A DNA stretch of 63,951 nucleotides, filler included, from Dicyema japonicum (Eukaryota; Animalia; Dicyemida), in the NCBI GenBank assembly GCA_011109175.1. It is 5 parts of 5 records of this genome, joined end to end, with 100 filler letters (N's around TTAATTAATTAA, not from the genome) between each part and the next. Parts side by side here need not be neighbours in the genome. Positions count along the whole stretch, not along the records: positions 37,497 to 52,630 come from RDEW01000136.1; positions 52,731 to 62,276 come from RDEW01000079.1; positions 62,377 to 63,951 come from RDEW01000109.1; 2 more parts are not named here. One strand, 5' to 3'. This document shows, in pieces, positions 51,724-63,951 of the stretch. Made by a program: the position numbers and the translations under genes. Numbering within the stretch: position 1 is the stretch's first letter; each line of letters begins with the position of its first letter. Under the pieces are notes generated by a model, which had not been told where the DNA came from, did not search any database, and was given only the letters and a program-made list of their open reading frames with translations.

Positions 51724-52420
51724 AATGAGCCTTAAAGATCCTTTTGGACGATGACTGAATTCAGATTGGGATCGCACAACGCCTGAGAGCTGATGTTTTC
51801 GTCGAACACCAATGTCGCTGTGGAGGGATCGTCAATGCCAAAGGGCTGCACCCGCTCTCGTGCAAAAAGAGTGCGGGAGAGCACCCCGCCATGCTGCGAT
51901 GAACAATGTTGTTATGCGTGCTCTTGAAGCGGCAGACTTCCTTGCAGTAGTGGAATCCGTAGGATTGGATTGCTGAGACGGGAAAAGACCGGATGGGTTA
52001 ACTATCTTTCCGTTCACTGAGGGAAAATCGCTCGTATGGGACTGCACTGTTGTGGATTCTTTATCGAACTCGATGATACTCAGCTCAGCGCGGTCTACTG
52101 GATCGGCTGCTGATCTGGCCAAAAAAATCAAGATTAAAAAATATGGCGAAATTGGAGAACTCTATTGTTTTGTACCGGTAGCAATCCAGACGTCTGGTGC
52201 GGCCGGAAGTACTACAGCCTCTTTTCTAAATGAAATCGAGGGAAAATTGGCCCACCGCAAAAAAGACGTGCGGGATCGGTCTGGCTGAAGCAAAGAATTG
52301 ATATCGCAGTTGTCCGCGGAAACGTTTACTCCATGATGTCAGCAGCCGCTCTCCCCCATAGTTAATAATTAATATTTTATTGTTAATAAATTTTTATTAT
52401 GAAAAAAAAGAAAAAAAATA
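51724..52420 (+). mobile_element. CRE-like retrotransposon 3' end (same family as 1-518), decayed
   Basis: CRCG..GLHPLSCKKSA; RPDGLTIFPFTEGKSLVWDCT; FVPVAIQTSGAAG; A-rich tail at about 52402. Confidence 0.8.
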
Positions 52421-52630
52421 GACAGCATTAGTTAAAATAAATAAAAAATAAGTTAATTAATTTAAAAATTACCTTTAATTTTTAAATAAAAAATTTAAAT
52501 TAATAATTATAACAATTGCTGTGAGAATGCTCCAATTACTAGGTTTACAAAATAAATTAATAATAGGAATATATACGTCTTTAATAATCAATAAATCACT
52601 AATGAAGAATATTAAGACTTTTAAAAAGTT

Positions 52631-52730
52631 NNNNNNNNNNNNNNNNNNNNNNNNNNNNNNNNNNNNNNNNNNNNTTAATTAATTAANNNNNNNNNNNNNN
52701 NNNNNNNNNNNNNNNNNNNNNNNNNNNNNN
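52631..52730. other. Artificial contig linker
   Basis: N44-TTAATTAATTAA-N44. Confidence 0.97.
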
Positions 52731-53419
52731 TTTATCTGTATTTTGCTAATTTGAAGTTGGTGCGCACAGACAGACACACAGACACACACCATACCAATTT
52801 TATTATTAAGATTTTATCGATTGTGTAGCATTAAATTTCTCGCCGAATGCATCAATTATATGTCAGATTGTGGATGATACGATTCGATTTGCAAATGTTG
52901 AGAGGAAAAATTTTACGTGTTATTAACCGCCGCGCCAAAGATTTGATTAAAAAACACTAAAAAATTTGAATCCTAACATGTATTGCACATTTGATTTAGA
53001 ATTGTGCATTAAGGATAAAACTAAATTATCCTGTAGTAGATAACTTAATTTCTTCCATAAAAAGACTCGTTCTTAAAAATAGTAGTCGAAAGCAACTATT
53101 TGCTGAAATAATATTTTCAACTTTCTTCTTTTTGGATCACTTTGTTGATATTTGAAAGGTCAATTTTTGATTTTTTAGGTCAACTTTGTGGTTGCCCTAG
53201 TAAATATAATTAACTTTTTGTATTTTTTGTTAAGTTTCTTGAATATATTTATTAAAAAAACATTTCCTAGTTTTTTGAGGTTTTTAGACGTTGGTCTTGG
53301 TTGAATAATAATAATTTCCAATTAATTTGTGCCGCGAGAAAAAAAATCTGTTTTTAGATACCGCGATCACAAAAAAATTGTGAAACGCTGTCCTAATTCA
53401 ACATGAAAAATTCGTAATT

Positions 53420-53700
53420 TTAATTTTTTTTGAACTTTTCCAGCCATCCTTTACTGGATTTAAATTCAGAGAGACCGTTTAACGCAGCAAATTCAGCTGC
53501 TTTCGATAAAATTATCTCATCATTGAGGCAAACTCCAATAGATTCCATGTAATCTATCCAGGTAATGATTTCAGAATCAATTGATGAATATCTAAGTTTT
53601 GAAAACGACAACTTCTCATAAATTAAATTAATTCCAAGAATCTTCTGTTTGTTCAATTTAAGCTCGTTAATTGCACGTCTCGAAATTTATTTTGTGAATC
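53420..53700 (-). mobile_element. pogo/Tigger-type transposase CENP-B-like HTH fragment
   Basis: YSSIDSEIITWI..LNDEIILSKAAEFA..FKSSKGWLEKFKK. Confidence 0.75.
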
Positions 53701-55399
53701 GCGACAAAAAAATTTCTGAAACACGTCTTAAACTTAGAGAAGAGGTATGAATAACATAATTTATTATTATTTGCACTGACGGAAAAACATAAGCTAGTTA
53801 AGTTTAACTTGTGCCACGTCAGTATCTTTTAGCACATGTGTTTCCATACACCCCTGTTATTTGCTAAAGTTCGTAGTGCGTCGAGATCATTTCTACTTTG
53901 CAAATTTTTGTTTATTCCTGATAAGTCTTCGTTTAATGCGGTAGGTAGAGTGGCTCCGGCCATCCAGGGGATGCCCCTTTTGATCTAATAAAATAGCTTT
54001 CCATCGCGATATTCGGCGGNGCTGTAACCCTTTTTCTATTAGCGTCTACATTTCAAGTAAAAGTGTTATCTTTTTTTCATTTTATCTCAAACTTTTCTTT
54101 TAAGCTTTCTTTATAAGAAGTGAGTTAAGAAATTTAATAGGCTTTAAATAACTCGATGGAACGATTTTTATTTGACAACGCTGTTGGAACTTTCGAAATT
54201 TTCTTTAAAATTTGGATCCTTCGAATTTGAAAGATTAGATTGATTGTTTTCTGAACTATTCGTCCCTTTGTATTGATATGTGGACATTCAAATTGGGATG
54301 TTTTTTTCAGAAAGATAACTTTTTAGCTCGTCCATTTCAATCTATTAAGAAAGAAACAATATTGAGCGAAATAACGAAGCCTCCATTGGGTCCCTGTTTG
54401 GTTTCAGGAAACGGAAATAGTTGAGGATTTCGGTGAATAAATTTAAATTATTCGGTCGTAAATTTATCAGATGTAAACTACAAATCGGATCCCGTTACCA
54501 TATGTTCAGCTAATTTATTAATATAAAATTGTTTATTTATTTTTGTATGCTGCCAGATTTGCTGTTTATGAAATGTCTAATCTAATAGGCGTCCCTGCGA
54601 AAAATGATAGCTTTATTCTCGAAGAATCAGTGAATTTGTTTTTGGGTGTGTACAACGGTACGGAAATTTCGTTTATGGCCCCGTCGATAGAGTTAAGAAA
54701 TTGCCAACAAACCTCCATTACTTTCAGCTATTAATGAGTTTGATGGGTTTGAATCTATTTGGATTTCTCATATTGTCGATACTTCTAGGAAGGAACATGA
54801 AAGAATTCCAAAAGGTGGCTGGAAACTCATTGCGAGCAAGTACAACAAAGGATGTAACATGAATTTATGTGATGTCAAGAAACTGTCAAATTTAAAGAAG
54901 ATTGATAAAACAAGAAAGAATAATAAAAAGCAAGAAAATGTACCATATTTGAACGTGGAAATTTATAATCAAAAACTTGTCTTGAGAACTAAATGTAAAA
55001 ATTGAGAAAATGGAAATCATCCCGAAAGATTCTCAGAAACCAGCCATCCTTTACGTATAAAACAAGGATTAATTTCAATTGGATTGAAAACTACAGAGAA
55101 AAAAATTATAGCATTAATGGATTATCAACAAATAGTAAATAGCTACTGTAGCCAACATCCCGCCGTCCGAGAAGTAAAAAATTATGATCTTTTGTATGTT
55201 TTGGGTTAGAATATGCCAGAAGAGAGAACTATTCTAGAATCAAGTCAGTAATTTTAGACTTAAATTTGAATGTAAAGAAACAAATATCTATTCACAAGAT
55301 GAAGATAGAATTCCGAAAGCATAGAGACATAAATAAATATACAAATGAATTTAATTAAGCTTGTTTATTTTTAGTATAGATGTTATTTGATTAGTCTCA

Positions 55400-55980
55400 C
55401 GAGAAAGAAGAATGGTCATTTGCAGATAGCCACGGCATTACTCCTGACTAGCCAGGAAACTCGATCGACCAGATACCGTTAAAGTGTCCTTGCAATTCAG
55501 ACTTATCGACTGCCAGGGGGACAAGCACTGCTATTCCGACATCAGCATATTTCTCTCGTTTATTCGGAATGTTCGGATAAAGCTCCAGGGCTGTCGAGTG
55601 ATACTGAGCGAAAAAGGAGGTCACACATGTAACGTTCCAAACCAGAAACTTCTCTTTTGAAAGGGAAAGGTTGTCATTTCTTCTGCTGTTGTTTGCGAAA
55701 ATCCCTGTAGGTTCCAGTTGAGAGTGGAATCCAGCAGTACGAGATAACAGACGATAATCTGGTTTAGTTCGGTACGTCACTAAGAGCGTCAAATTCTGTT
55801 ACGAGATAGAAAGGAGTGGTCTGTACGTCTCATCGCCATTGTGTTTGGCTGAAATGGGTAGACGAGGCGTGAGAAGACAGATTTGTCGCCCAGAAGGCAG
55901 CCAGTTGTCTCAAAAGGGTAAGAGTCCAGCCAAGCACTGCTCAGAAGCTAGGCACTCATTCGTAAGCAGGCCAATCGATA
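55400..55980 (-). mobile_element. Degraded CRE-like REL fragment
   Basis: LEPTGIF..FLVWNVTC..KREKY..VPLAVD. Confidence 0.55.
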
Positions 55981-56659
55981 TTTACACCGATCAATATTAG
56001 ATTTATCTCAATCAATATCAGAACATCGGCGGAGATAAAGAGACAACACTAAGACAATTACCAGAATGGAGCTAGCAAGGGGTGTTTAAGGCTGCTAGAG
56101 CAAGTTGGTCCAAATAGGAGCGTAGAGTTTTCAGCTCATATTTTGAAAGTTTTTCAGAATCGAGTTATTTAATCAACAATCAAATTTCAACTTATATATT
56201 TTTTATAAATATTAATTTTTTTTGAATAAATACAAATATCGAATTATTTTCATCAGCGTGTTCTGCGCGCTGTGTTCTATTGTTGTGGTGTTACTGTTTT
56301 CGAAGGTTGATTATTATTTTTTATTCAACATTTTATTAAAAATAGTTTTGTATATGCATTTTATTGCAGATTAAATCGTGGGTTAATGTAGAATATCTTG
56401 AAAAAAGTTATTCTACAAGTTAATTTGTCTCTATTGTATAAATAATTTCAATTGAATGCATCTTTTTAAAAAATATCTTTCCCATTTCTATTATATACAC
56501 TCACTTTATTGATTTTTTACAATTTATCTACGTTATTTTATTGTATTTTTTGTCTTGATCAAATTTGATCAATTTCTGTAAATATTATTTTTAAATGTCT
56601 AATCATTTGTATAATCCATTTTCTGTACCGAATTATTTTATTCATTTAAACTGAAGTTA

Positions 56660-57544
56660 CAGTCCGACCCCAAATGGGGCACCAAGGTGCCCAAAATGCG
56701 GGTGCCCCAAAAACAGGGGTTTGTTATTATTTTTTAAATTATATCAATAATAAACATCAAATAACATTTTTACCAAAATAATCAGTTATTTAATCTTAGT
56801 TTTTAGAGTTTTGTCGGATATTATTCGTCAATTTTAGTCGAAAATCGTAAAAATCTCGGAGCATTTTCGGTGCAACACGTGAAATCTTTTCTTCTAAATT
56901 ATTATGGAGATCTGAGGACAGACCGTCGATCGATCCAGAAAAAGTTTCGATCTTGCAGATAGGTAAATAATCCCTTCGGATCGAGGGAGTTATTCCCATA
57001 TCTTAGCCAAGTCGTTACCGACTTAATGTCAACATGCGGATTGTCCAAAGCTTTGAAGAGGGTTTTATGAAGGAGCCTTTCAGAAGCATAGGTGCAGGGC
57101 GTAACCTGCGCCTACGCGGCCTTTCAGATACCTGTAGCGGATTTGCTGTAGCCATCCTACTCGGTTGGGGATTCCCAATCTGTGGATTAATGATATCCTG
57201 GATGGTATTAATTGCCCGTTGGACCTGAATGTCAGATTTGACTGCGAGACCCTCCAGATATCATCCCGATGATATCCTTTTGCGTTTACGCGAGAAACCT
57301 GACGTCATCCGACGCCAGATTTTCCCAATATCAGCGTCCACGTCACGTTATCCCTGGTGACGATAGGAACTGGGGATGGGTCTGTGACGATAGTTACAGG
57401 TTCAAGTGCTGCAGAGGGCGGACCCTCAGGCACTAGTCTACTAGACCTTGGTCTACCACGTCTCCGTGGTGTGACCGGTCTATTTGGAAGCACTGGAATG
57501 TCGACAGTGTTTCTTAAGTTTTTAGACTTTGGTAGATTTACCAA
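56660..57544 (-). mobile_element. Unclassified element: TA|CAGTCC terminus with GGGCACC hairpins plus an AT-hook-containing broken ORF
   Basis: CAGTCCGACCCCAAATGGGGCACCAAGGTGCCC..; ORF segment RRRGRPR. Confidence 0.35.
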
Positions 57545-57708
57545 AAAAAATTTTTTTCCTTTCTGTTATATACACTCATTTTATCGACTTTATTTTTGTA
57601 TGTTTTATCTGATTAAATTTGATTCAATTTGCTGTGAAATTATTAATTTTTAATCTTTTATCATTACTAGCTCTCTTCGCTCACCGCGACCTAACTCCTC
57701 GGTGGGCC

Positions 57709-58760
57709 TGTGTCATCAAACGACTAGTTTATGTAGATATATAAAACGACCTGGTTTGATGTTACCCTTTGTCGTCCGTCCTTTTTTGGCCTATTCCAAG
57801 TCTAAAGTTATTAATTGTTTAAAAATGTTGAAAATTTTGTTTTTTTATTTTAATTTTTTTTAATCATTGGTTTTGGAATTTATCTACCTTTCACCAGATG
57901 TGCAATTCTCAACGAGGACGGAATGCAGAGAAACTTCTTCCACTACTAGAAACTGTTTTTGCTAAAAAAATTAGTGAGTGGATATTTTCTTTGTTTTTAT
58001 ATTTTTATCGAAATCAATTTTAATTGTAACATTATCTCCAAATTTTGATATCTTTTTTTCGGAAATTTTTATTTGCGTCTTCTGTAGCTTTTCTTGTATA
58101 CTTTTCATTATGAGTTTTTATTTCTAAGGATAATTCCGTTTCTTCCGATTCTGAGTTAATCTCTTCTTCTGCGCCTCCACATGGCAAAATATTAAAAACC
58201 CGTTATTCCGTAAAATAGACTGGGTAAATAAAAAGAGACTAACCAAAATGGTGACTTTCCAGTTGCGCGATGACAAGTTATGTTGTATTTACACATCACT
58301 TTTTGTATCATTTCTCTCCACCTTATAGATTCTGTTGCGAACAAAGTCTTCCCCAGTTAACGTTTCAGAGTTTGATTATATCTTTCTATTTGTCATTGAG
58401 ATTGTGGGTGTCTTGGTCTTCCGTATATCGGAGTTATTTTCCAATCCTCAAGAAGTTTTCAAACTTATTTGTTGCGGAATTCCTTTCCATTGTCCGAATG
58501 AAAATAAATTGGAGGACCGACAGTCTAGAATAAACTCTCAATTGCATTATAGATGCTTTGTGATGCTTTATTCTCTAACGCGAATGACCATGAAAACTTT
58601 GTGTATGCTTCGATGACAGTAAGTATCCATTTAAAATTGTCATTATTTGCAGAATACCGCCTTAGATCTATACAGTCGGCGTTAAATCTTTCGTATTTTT
58701 TTCCACAGAAATCATTCGGATATTTTCACAAGTACTTAAAGAGTTAAATGATTGGCACGG
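57709..58760 (-). mobile_element. Ginger-like integrase element, core without visible introns, many stops
   Basis: YERFNADCIDLRRYS..KWILTVIEAYTKF..HSDNGKEFRN..GRPRHPQSQ.QIERYNQTL..HRATGKSPF; terminus TGTCATCAAAC at about 57711. Confidence 0.8.
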
Positions 58761-58809
58761 TATGAATTGTTTTATTTTAATTTAGACGGAAGTTCTTTGA
58801 TTCCTAGAG

Positions 58810-59180
58810 ATTATTATTAACGCACTTATTGTAGGGCCATAATAATTATAGTCCCACCTGTGCAACACCCAAAACAATGTTAGTAACGAGTCCCCTCCAT
58901 TTTCCTCGGTTAAACGCTGTGTGTCTCAGCCTGTCCAAGTCATCACCGGTCTTGAGACAGGATTTGATTCGGGCGAGGTCCGCGTTCAGAACGACAGGTA
59001 ACGTATGCGGGGGCGTCCCCGGAACCGTGGTTTGTCGCATTGGAAGTAATCCTCCATCACCGTATTTGCGGGTGCAGAGTGGTCCATTCGCAGTATGTGT
59101 CCAAATAGCTTCCATCGGGATTCAGCAATGTCAATACAAAGTGGCCGTGTAGAACACTTTCTGTATAACGACTCCCTGGA
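58810..59180 (-). mobile_element. RTE-like LINE 3' end with (TAA)n tail
   Basis: TLPVVLNADL..DLDRLRHTAFNRGKWRGLV; tail TTAATAATAAT. Confidence 0.7.
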
Positions 59181-59372
59181 TATTCTATAGTATAGAATAG
59201 AATCTATAGGGTCACAGAATTCTGAACAGTTTTCTTAATTGTCCTCTGTGGAAACAGTTCAGTATAATATATTTTATCTACCGAATTGCTTTTATTTTAA
59301 TTTAAATGTGTTTTTTCTTTCGTGTCATTCGTTTAATCGTGCCCAAATCAAGTTTTGCCCAGGTGCATAATA

Positions 59373-60830
59373 CAGTCCCGTCCAAATGTTAGAGGCACCC
59401 TATTTTTTCCCTAAAGGCACTTATTTGTCATTTTTTGAAAAAAGTTTTCTGTTAATAACAAACTATTGAATAAAAAATCTTAACCTAAAATTTTTGAGCA
59501 CATTTATTTTATAATGTGTATTTACTAAGAAACTCAAAATAATACATCGTTCATATGTTAGAGGCACATTTCAATAATGAAAGACAAAATTATCCAAAAA
59601 TTTAATATTTAGTCATTCCTCCATTATTTATGACTACCGAAGATATTCTTCTTGGAATTGACTCAAAAAGCTTAATAACCACACCTGTATCAATGTTTTC
59701 CCAGGCCTTTTTGTTTCATTCCATAATTCTTGAATCGTTGATGCTCCACATTTTTTAACTTCTTTTTTTAAAATTGCCCATAGATTTTCAATTATATTTA
59801 AGTCAGGAGATTGACTTGGCCATTTTTCCATGAGTTTTATGTTGTTTTCGGCCATAAACGCTCTAGTGGATTTTGATGTATGACATGTTGCTCCATCTTG
59901 TTGAAGAAAATAATTTTCTTCATAAAAATTTTCAAATCCTTCTTTTATAACGCGTTGATATTCGGCGGAGTCTACTGTTTTTCGGCAAAGGACAATTGAT
60001 CTTTGCCCATTACTTTTAATTGCTCCCCATATCGTAATTGATAAAGGGAATTTCACAGTTTCAATTGAATATTCTTTCTGTAATTTTGATCCAGGGGGTC
60101 TTCTTATGTATTGCCTAGACATCTGATTTAACTGAATCCGGCATTCATCAGAAAATATCACTAAATTCCAGTCGTCTTGATTCCACGGAATTTTAGTAAG
60201 ACACCATGTATATCTTTTATCAACCTGAGACGCAGTCAATTTTGGTTTTTTCACTGCAATGCGTCCGAATAAATTGTTGCGTCTCAAAATTCGTTTAATT
60301 GTCGAAAGACTCACTTTTTGGCGATCATTTTTGGGTCTAATTTTGACATTCTGATAAGATAGCGTTCATCATTTTCGGTTAATTTTTTGTTCCTTCCTTT
60401 TTTGGCATATCGTTATATAAATATCCGTGTAAAAATCGCTTTTTAATTTTTTGAATGGCACAACGAGAGATTCCCAAATCTTTGGATATTTTCACCTGAG
60501 ATTCGCCACATTTTAATTTTTCGATGACGAGAAACCTGTTATAAGCTGATACACGAGGCATTTGAATTTTTTAGGCATTTGTAGTTTAGAATTAATCATA
60601 ATAAATTATAGAATTATTGCTTTTTACATAAGTGCCTCTAACATATGAGCGACCAATTATTTTTTGTTTTCAAGTTTGAGAATACTATCGGTCGAATATT
60701 TATAAAAAACTTTGGAAATGTTTAATTTCTTTTAAAAACTTAATTTATTCTTTAAAATCTTTCGAAAAATAATAAATAAGTGCCTTTTTTAGGGAAAAAA
60801 TAGGGTGCCTCTAACATTTGGACGGGACTG
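59373..60830 (-). mobile_element. Tc1-like transposon with both ends (IR/DR type), DD35E, disrupted ORF
   Basis: TA TSD; TIR CAGTCCCGTCCAAATGTTAGAGGCACCCTATTTTTTCCCTAAA; inner DRs 59553-67 and 60632-46; HTH ORF 60379-60561; FSDE..QQDGA-(35 aa)-E in 59634-60314. Confidence 0.95.
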
Positions 60831-60832
60831 TA

Positions 60833-61062
60833 ATAGCCTTTCACGAAAGCCATAGTACTTTATGACCCCGCATAGGCAAGAAATACACTTTATTTTAAGT
60901 GAAGAACAGTTAATGTTAATTAATCGTAGGAACAGGCCAGTATTCTTCAATTATTTTTTTCTTTTTTCTTTGCATGTGAGTCCCGCAAAGACAATCCGGT
61001 TTCACAGTGGAGAACCACCGATGACGGCGTATTCGTCAAACTCTTCTCAGAGCATCGTAGAT
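60833..61062 (-). mobile_element. 5'-truncated copy of the SINE at 43265
   Basis: Colinear: ..ACGCCGTCATC..GGATTGTCT..CTACGATTA.TTAA.ATTAACTGTTCTT.ACTTAAA..TACTATGGCT.TCGTGAAAGGCT. Confidence 0.85.
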
Positions 61063-61208
61063 GCAAAGAATAGCGAGAAAAATTGGTAAAGTAAATGAAT
61101 AAATGACAAAAGATAAATTTTATAACAAATGATATGTCATTTCATCTTCGGTCATTGACTTAATCTTGCCAGCCTTCACATTGGACTGTTCCATGCATTG
61201 ATTTTGAC

Positions 61209-62030
61209 CAGTGTTTTTCAAACTAGGGTCCGCGGTCTTTTTGACCGCAGAACAATTTTTCGTAATTTATTTAGCACTACTGAAATCAAATTTAAAATTC
61301 CGCAATAGATTAGATATATCAAATAACATGAGGGTTGCATTGTCCAAAAATATATTCTAATGAATATATGGATTCTTTCAGATCAAATTCAAATATTCAT
61401 CAAAATTTATTTTTTAGACACAAAAAAATTTTGCAATAACCCATGAGACTCAACTAAAATTACTTATTTGGTCTCATTTAAGCAAATTGGTTCTGAACTT
61501 ACAAAAAATATATAGCGCAGATTATTGATGATTCGATCCGAAAATCTTATGGTCGAAAGGGATAATTGTATGCTTCTTATTCCTGATGCTGCAAGGTATA
61601 TGATAGCCGGTATTGTTTTAATTCATTTACGATTTAGCCGGGAAAATTTTAAAACATCTATATCCTAATCTTTTCCGTGTCAATTGCGTTGCCCATATTT
61701 TACATAATTGTTCAATGGAGGTCAGAAAATCTTATCCAGAAGTTGATGATGTGATAGCTGGCGTACAAGCTGCTATTAGGAAGAACCTAAAGCGACAATT
61801 GTTGTTTTCAGAAATTGGAATTCCGCCAAAAGTCGTATTGACTAGATAGGATACCTGGTTAAAAACTGCATCTTATTATTCAAAAAATATAATCTCAGTG
61901 ATTAATATTTTTGAGTTAATTGAGAACGAGAGAATTTCAGTAACTTCTACGAAGAGTGTATTGAAAAATGATAGATTAGTACAAAGTTTATGTGCAATTT
62001 CGCATAGCTATTCATACATTCCAGGTTGTT
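61209..62030 (+). mobile_element. hAT-type terminus and hAT-like transposase remnant with a 28-nt intron
   Basis: CAGTGTTTTTCAAACT end; DAARYMIA/AGKILKHLYPNL..CVAHILHN..PPKVVLTR*DTWL; intron 61610-61637. Confidence 0.7.
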
Positions 62031-62276
62031 CTTAAATAGAACCCCTTTATTAATAAAAATAAATAATTAACTAATTAATTGCCTTACTAAGTCCAGAGCC
62101 TTCGAAGTGAGCAGAGGATGGCACTCCACGCACCTCCTCCCCTTCTTCTTCTTCTTCCCTGTCTCCGTGGACCTCCGAGAAACGTTCTTAATAGTAATTT
62201 ATAGAAAAAATATTAAAATTTGAAACTAACGAATGTACAATAGACTACGCATATTTGACGCTTAGTGCAATAGACT

Positions 62277-62376
62277 NNNNNNNNNNNNNNNNNNNNNNNN
62301 NNNNNNNNNNNNNNNNNNNNTTAATTAATTAANNNNNNNNNNNNNNNNNNNNNNNNNNNNNNNNNNNNNNNNNNNN
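62277..62376. other. Artificial contig linker
   Basis: N44-TTAATTAATTAA-N44. Confidence 0.97.
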
Positions 62377-63029
62377 TCTCTGCATTTTGCTGCATGAAAC
62401 ATTTATTGGGATCAATCCTAGCCGAAATAATCTTGTGGCCGCATTCTGTAGTAGCTCCCCCATTTGACAGAGAGTAACGAAGTGGAGATTTTTTTGTGAC
62501 GGGATGATATAATTAATGATTGAATATTCCAGTAGCACCAGTAGAATATTAATGTTTGTAGCCTGTCCAAGTAGTTTCCTGCTGCTCACATTGCAGAAAT
62601 GCAGTGTTACACAGGAGCATCTTCCAAAAATTGATAAAATGAATCGAATTATATCTTCGAAATTCAGGTTAGACTTGTCTATGTTCTTAAATTATTAACT
62701 TCGATTAATACCAACATTTAGCCCGACATTGCTTCCGCAGACTACTGTGTGCACTTTTTGCAATAGTTTGTATGGGAAATATCCACTTGCAAAATTTTTA
62801 TTGTTTCTTAACTATTTTGAAGAGGATTGAACAGATTTGAAGACTGCCAAATGATTATCAAAGCAAATTTGAAATATTATTATTGGCGTTTATGTCATAG
62901 GACGTGGCAAAGCACGTGCAACACGGAAAATCAAACTTGCAGCTTCTATCATTTCTGGATTTTCTTTGCGACGTAATAATAACACCACGTGGAAAAGTTA
63001 GTTAGATTTAAATAAAAGATTCAAAAGAT

Positions 63030-63230
63030 TCCATGTTCAGCCAGTTGTTGTCGAGAGGAGTGGAATCTTCTGGTTCAAGGCGGTCTCTTTTCTAAGTTCG
63101 CTCTGGTCAATAATTTCGAAAGTTAGCAATAAGCGTCGCAGAACCGAATGGTTGTTCCAAAGGATTTCTCTGGCAGTTGTCAGGGGAAACAGCAGCTCGA
63201 TTATTTTGATTGCCTTGTTTCGTAATAAAT
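63030..63230 (+). mobile_element. CRE-like extreme 3' remnant
   Basis: QPVVVERSGIF..EWLFQRISLAVVRGNS. Confidence 0.6.
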
Positions 63231-63951
63231 TGATTTCCTTTGAAGTTTAAATCAATCAATTTTTCCTCATAAAACAGATTTAAGTTCGAAATAAATCTCG
63301 AACAAGCAACGTTCGCTAAGGTCCCCCTAAGGGACTGATATTCAATTTTAGATTTGTGAAGAAACTGTAAAATGAGTGTTCTGGGGATCCAGAGGTTTTA
63401 AAAAAACAAACTTTACACCAGTGGTTCTGAACGAGGGGCGATGGTCCTCGAAGGTCTCTAAAATGTAGGTTTCAAACGTGGCAGTTCTGCGGAACATTTC
63501 GTAGGAAATTCCGACTTTGTCATACTTCCTGTCGAAATACCAAGCAGTTCTGGTCATCAGGTCCTCGAGTTCCTCGTTCAGTTTTAAGGCGATTTAGTTC
63601 ACGATTTGGTTAACCTTGGATAACAAATTGTTGAACCCCTTTGTTTCTTTTTTAAAGGAGGGGAAACCATTAGTTTAGGATGCGACGTGATTAGACTCTC
63701 TCTTCCACCAACATCATCGAGTATGTGGTAAAGGCACTTTCGCAGCAGAGAAAACACAGAGAGCTAAAGAAGTACAAAGGACTCCTCTAATGATATCTTT
63801 TCCGCACGATTGCTGTCTAGACACCGGAGCGATAAGCAGCAAGACCCTGATTTTCCTAAAGAAAGTCGGACGTATGGCCTCGTTCAGAAGCTACACTGAT
63901 CGTGAAACGCAATAGCTCATCTATTTGGTATCCATAGCGGGACAGGGGGAA

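Noticed and set aside
52740-52812. Helitron/Helentron-like 3' end (ACAG microsatellite then TTTTATTATTAAGAT)
   Set aside because: Too short and cut by a contig edge to support a call

Overview
AT-rich eukaryotic draft-assembly sequence, not prokaryotic. It is a concatenation of at least five pieces joined by an artificial 100-bp spacer (N44-TTAATTAATTAA-N44 at 9710, 37397, 52631 and 62277), so adjacency across those points means nothing. Host genes are split by very small introns (23-33 nt, mostly GT-AG). That fits a compact, probably parasitic eukaryote such as a myxozoan or dicyemid, but the taxon cannot be fixed from this window. Recognisable genes are USP36/42-like, KRI1, CWC15, MAK16, an ARP3 5' fragment and a degenerate DEDDh exonuclease. 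Most of the rest is transposon debris: CRE-like and R4-like REL retroelements, APE-type LINEs, RTE ends, hAT/Buster, Tc1 with DD35E spacing and a pogo/Tigger fragment. Three things stand out. (1) At least five diverged RT-less HHCC-DDE integrase (Ginger-like) genes, with micro-introns at copy-specific positions, some TGT termini and degenerate TTAGGG tracts downstream of several copies. (2) A tRNA-derived SINE family with a 14-bp TSD and a conserved structured core. (3) Many frame-preserving, stop-free micro-introns. All family assignments come from motif recognition by eye; no database search was run.
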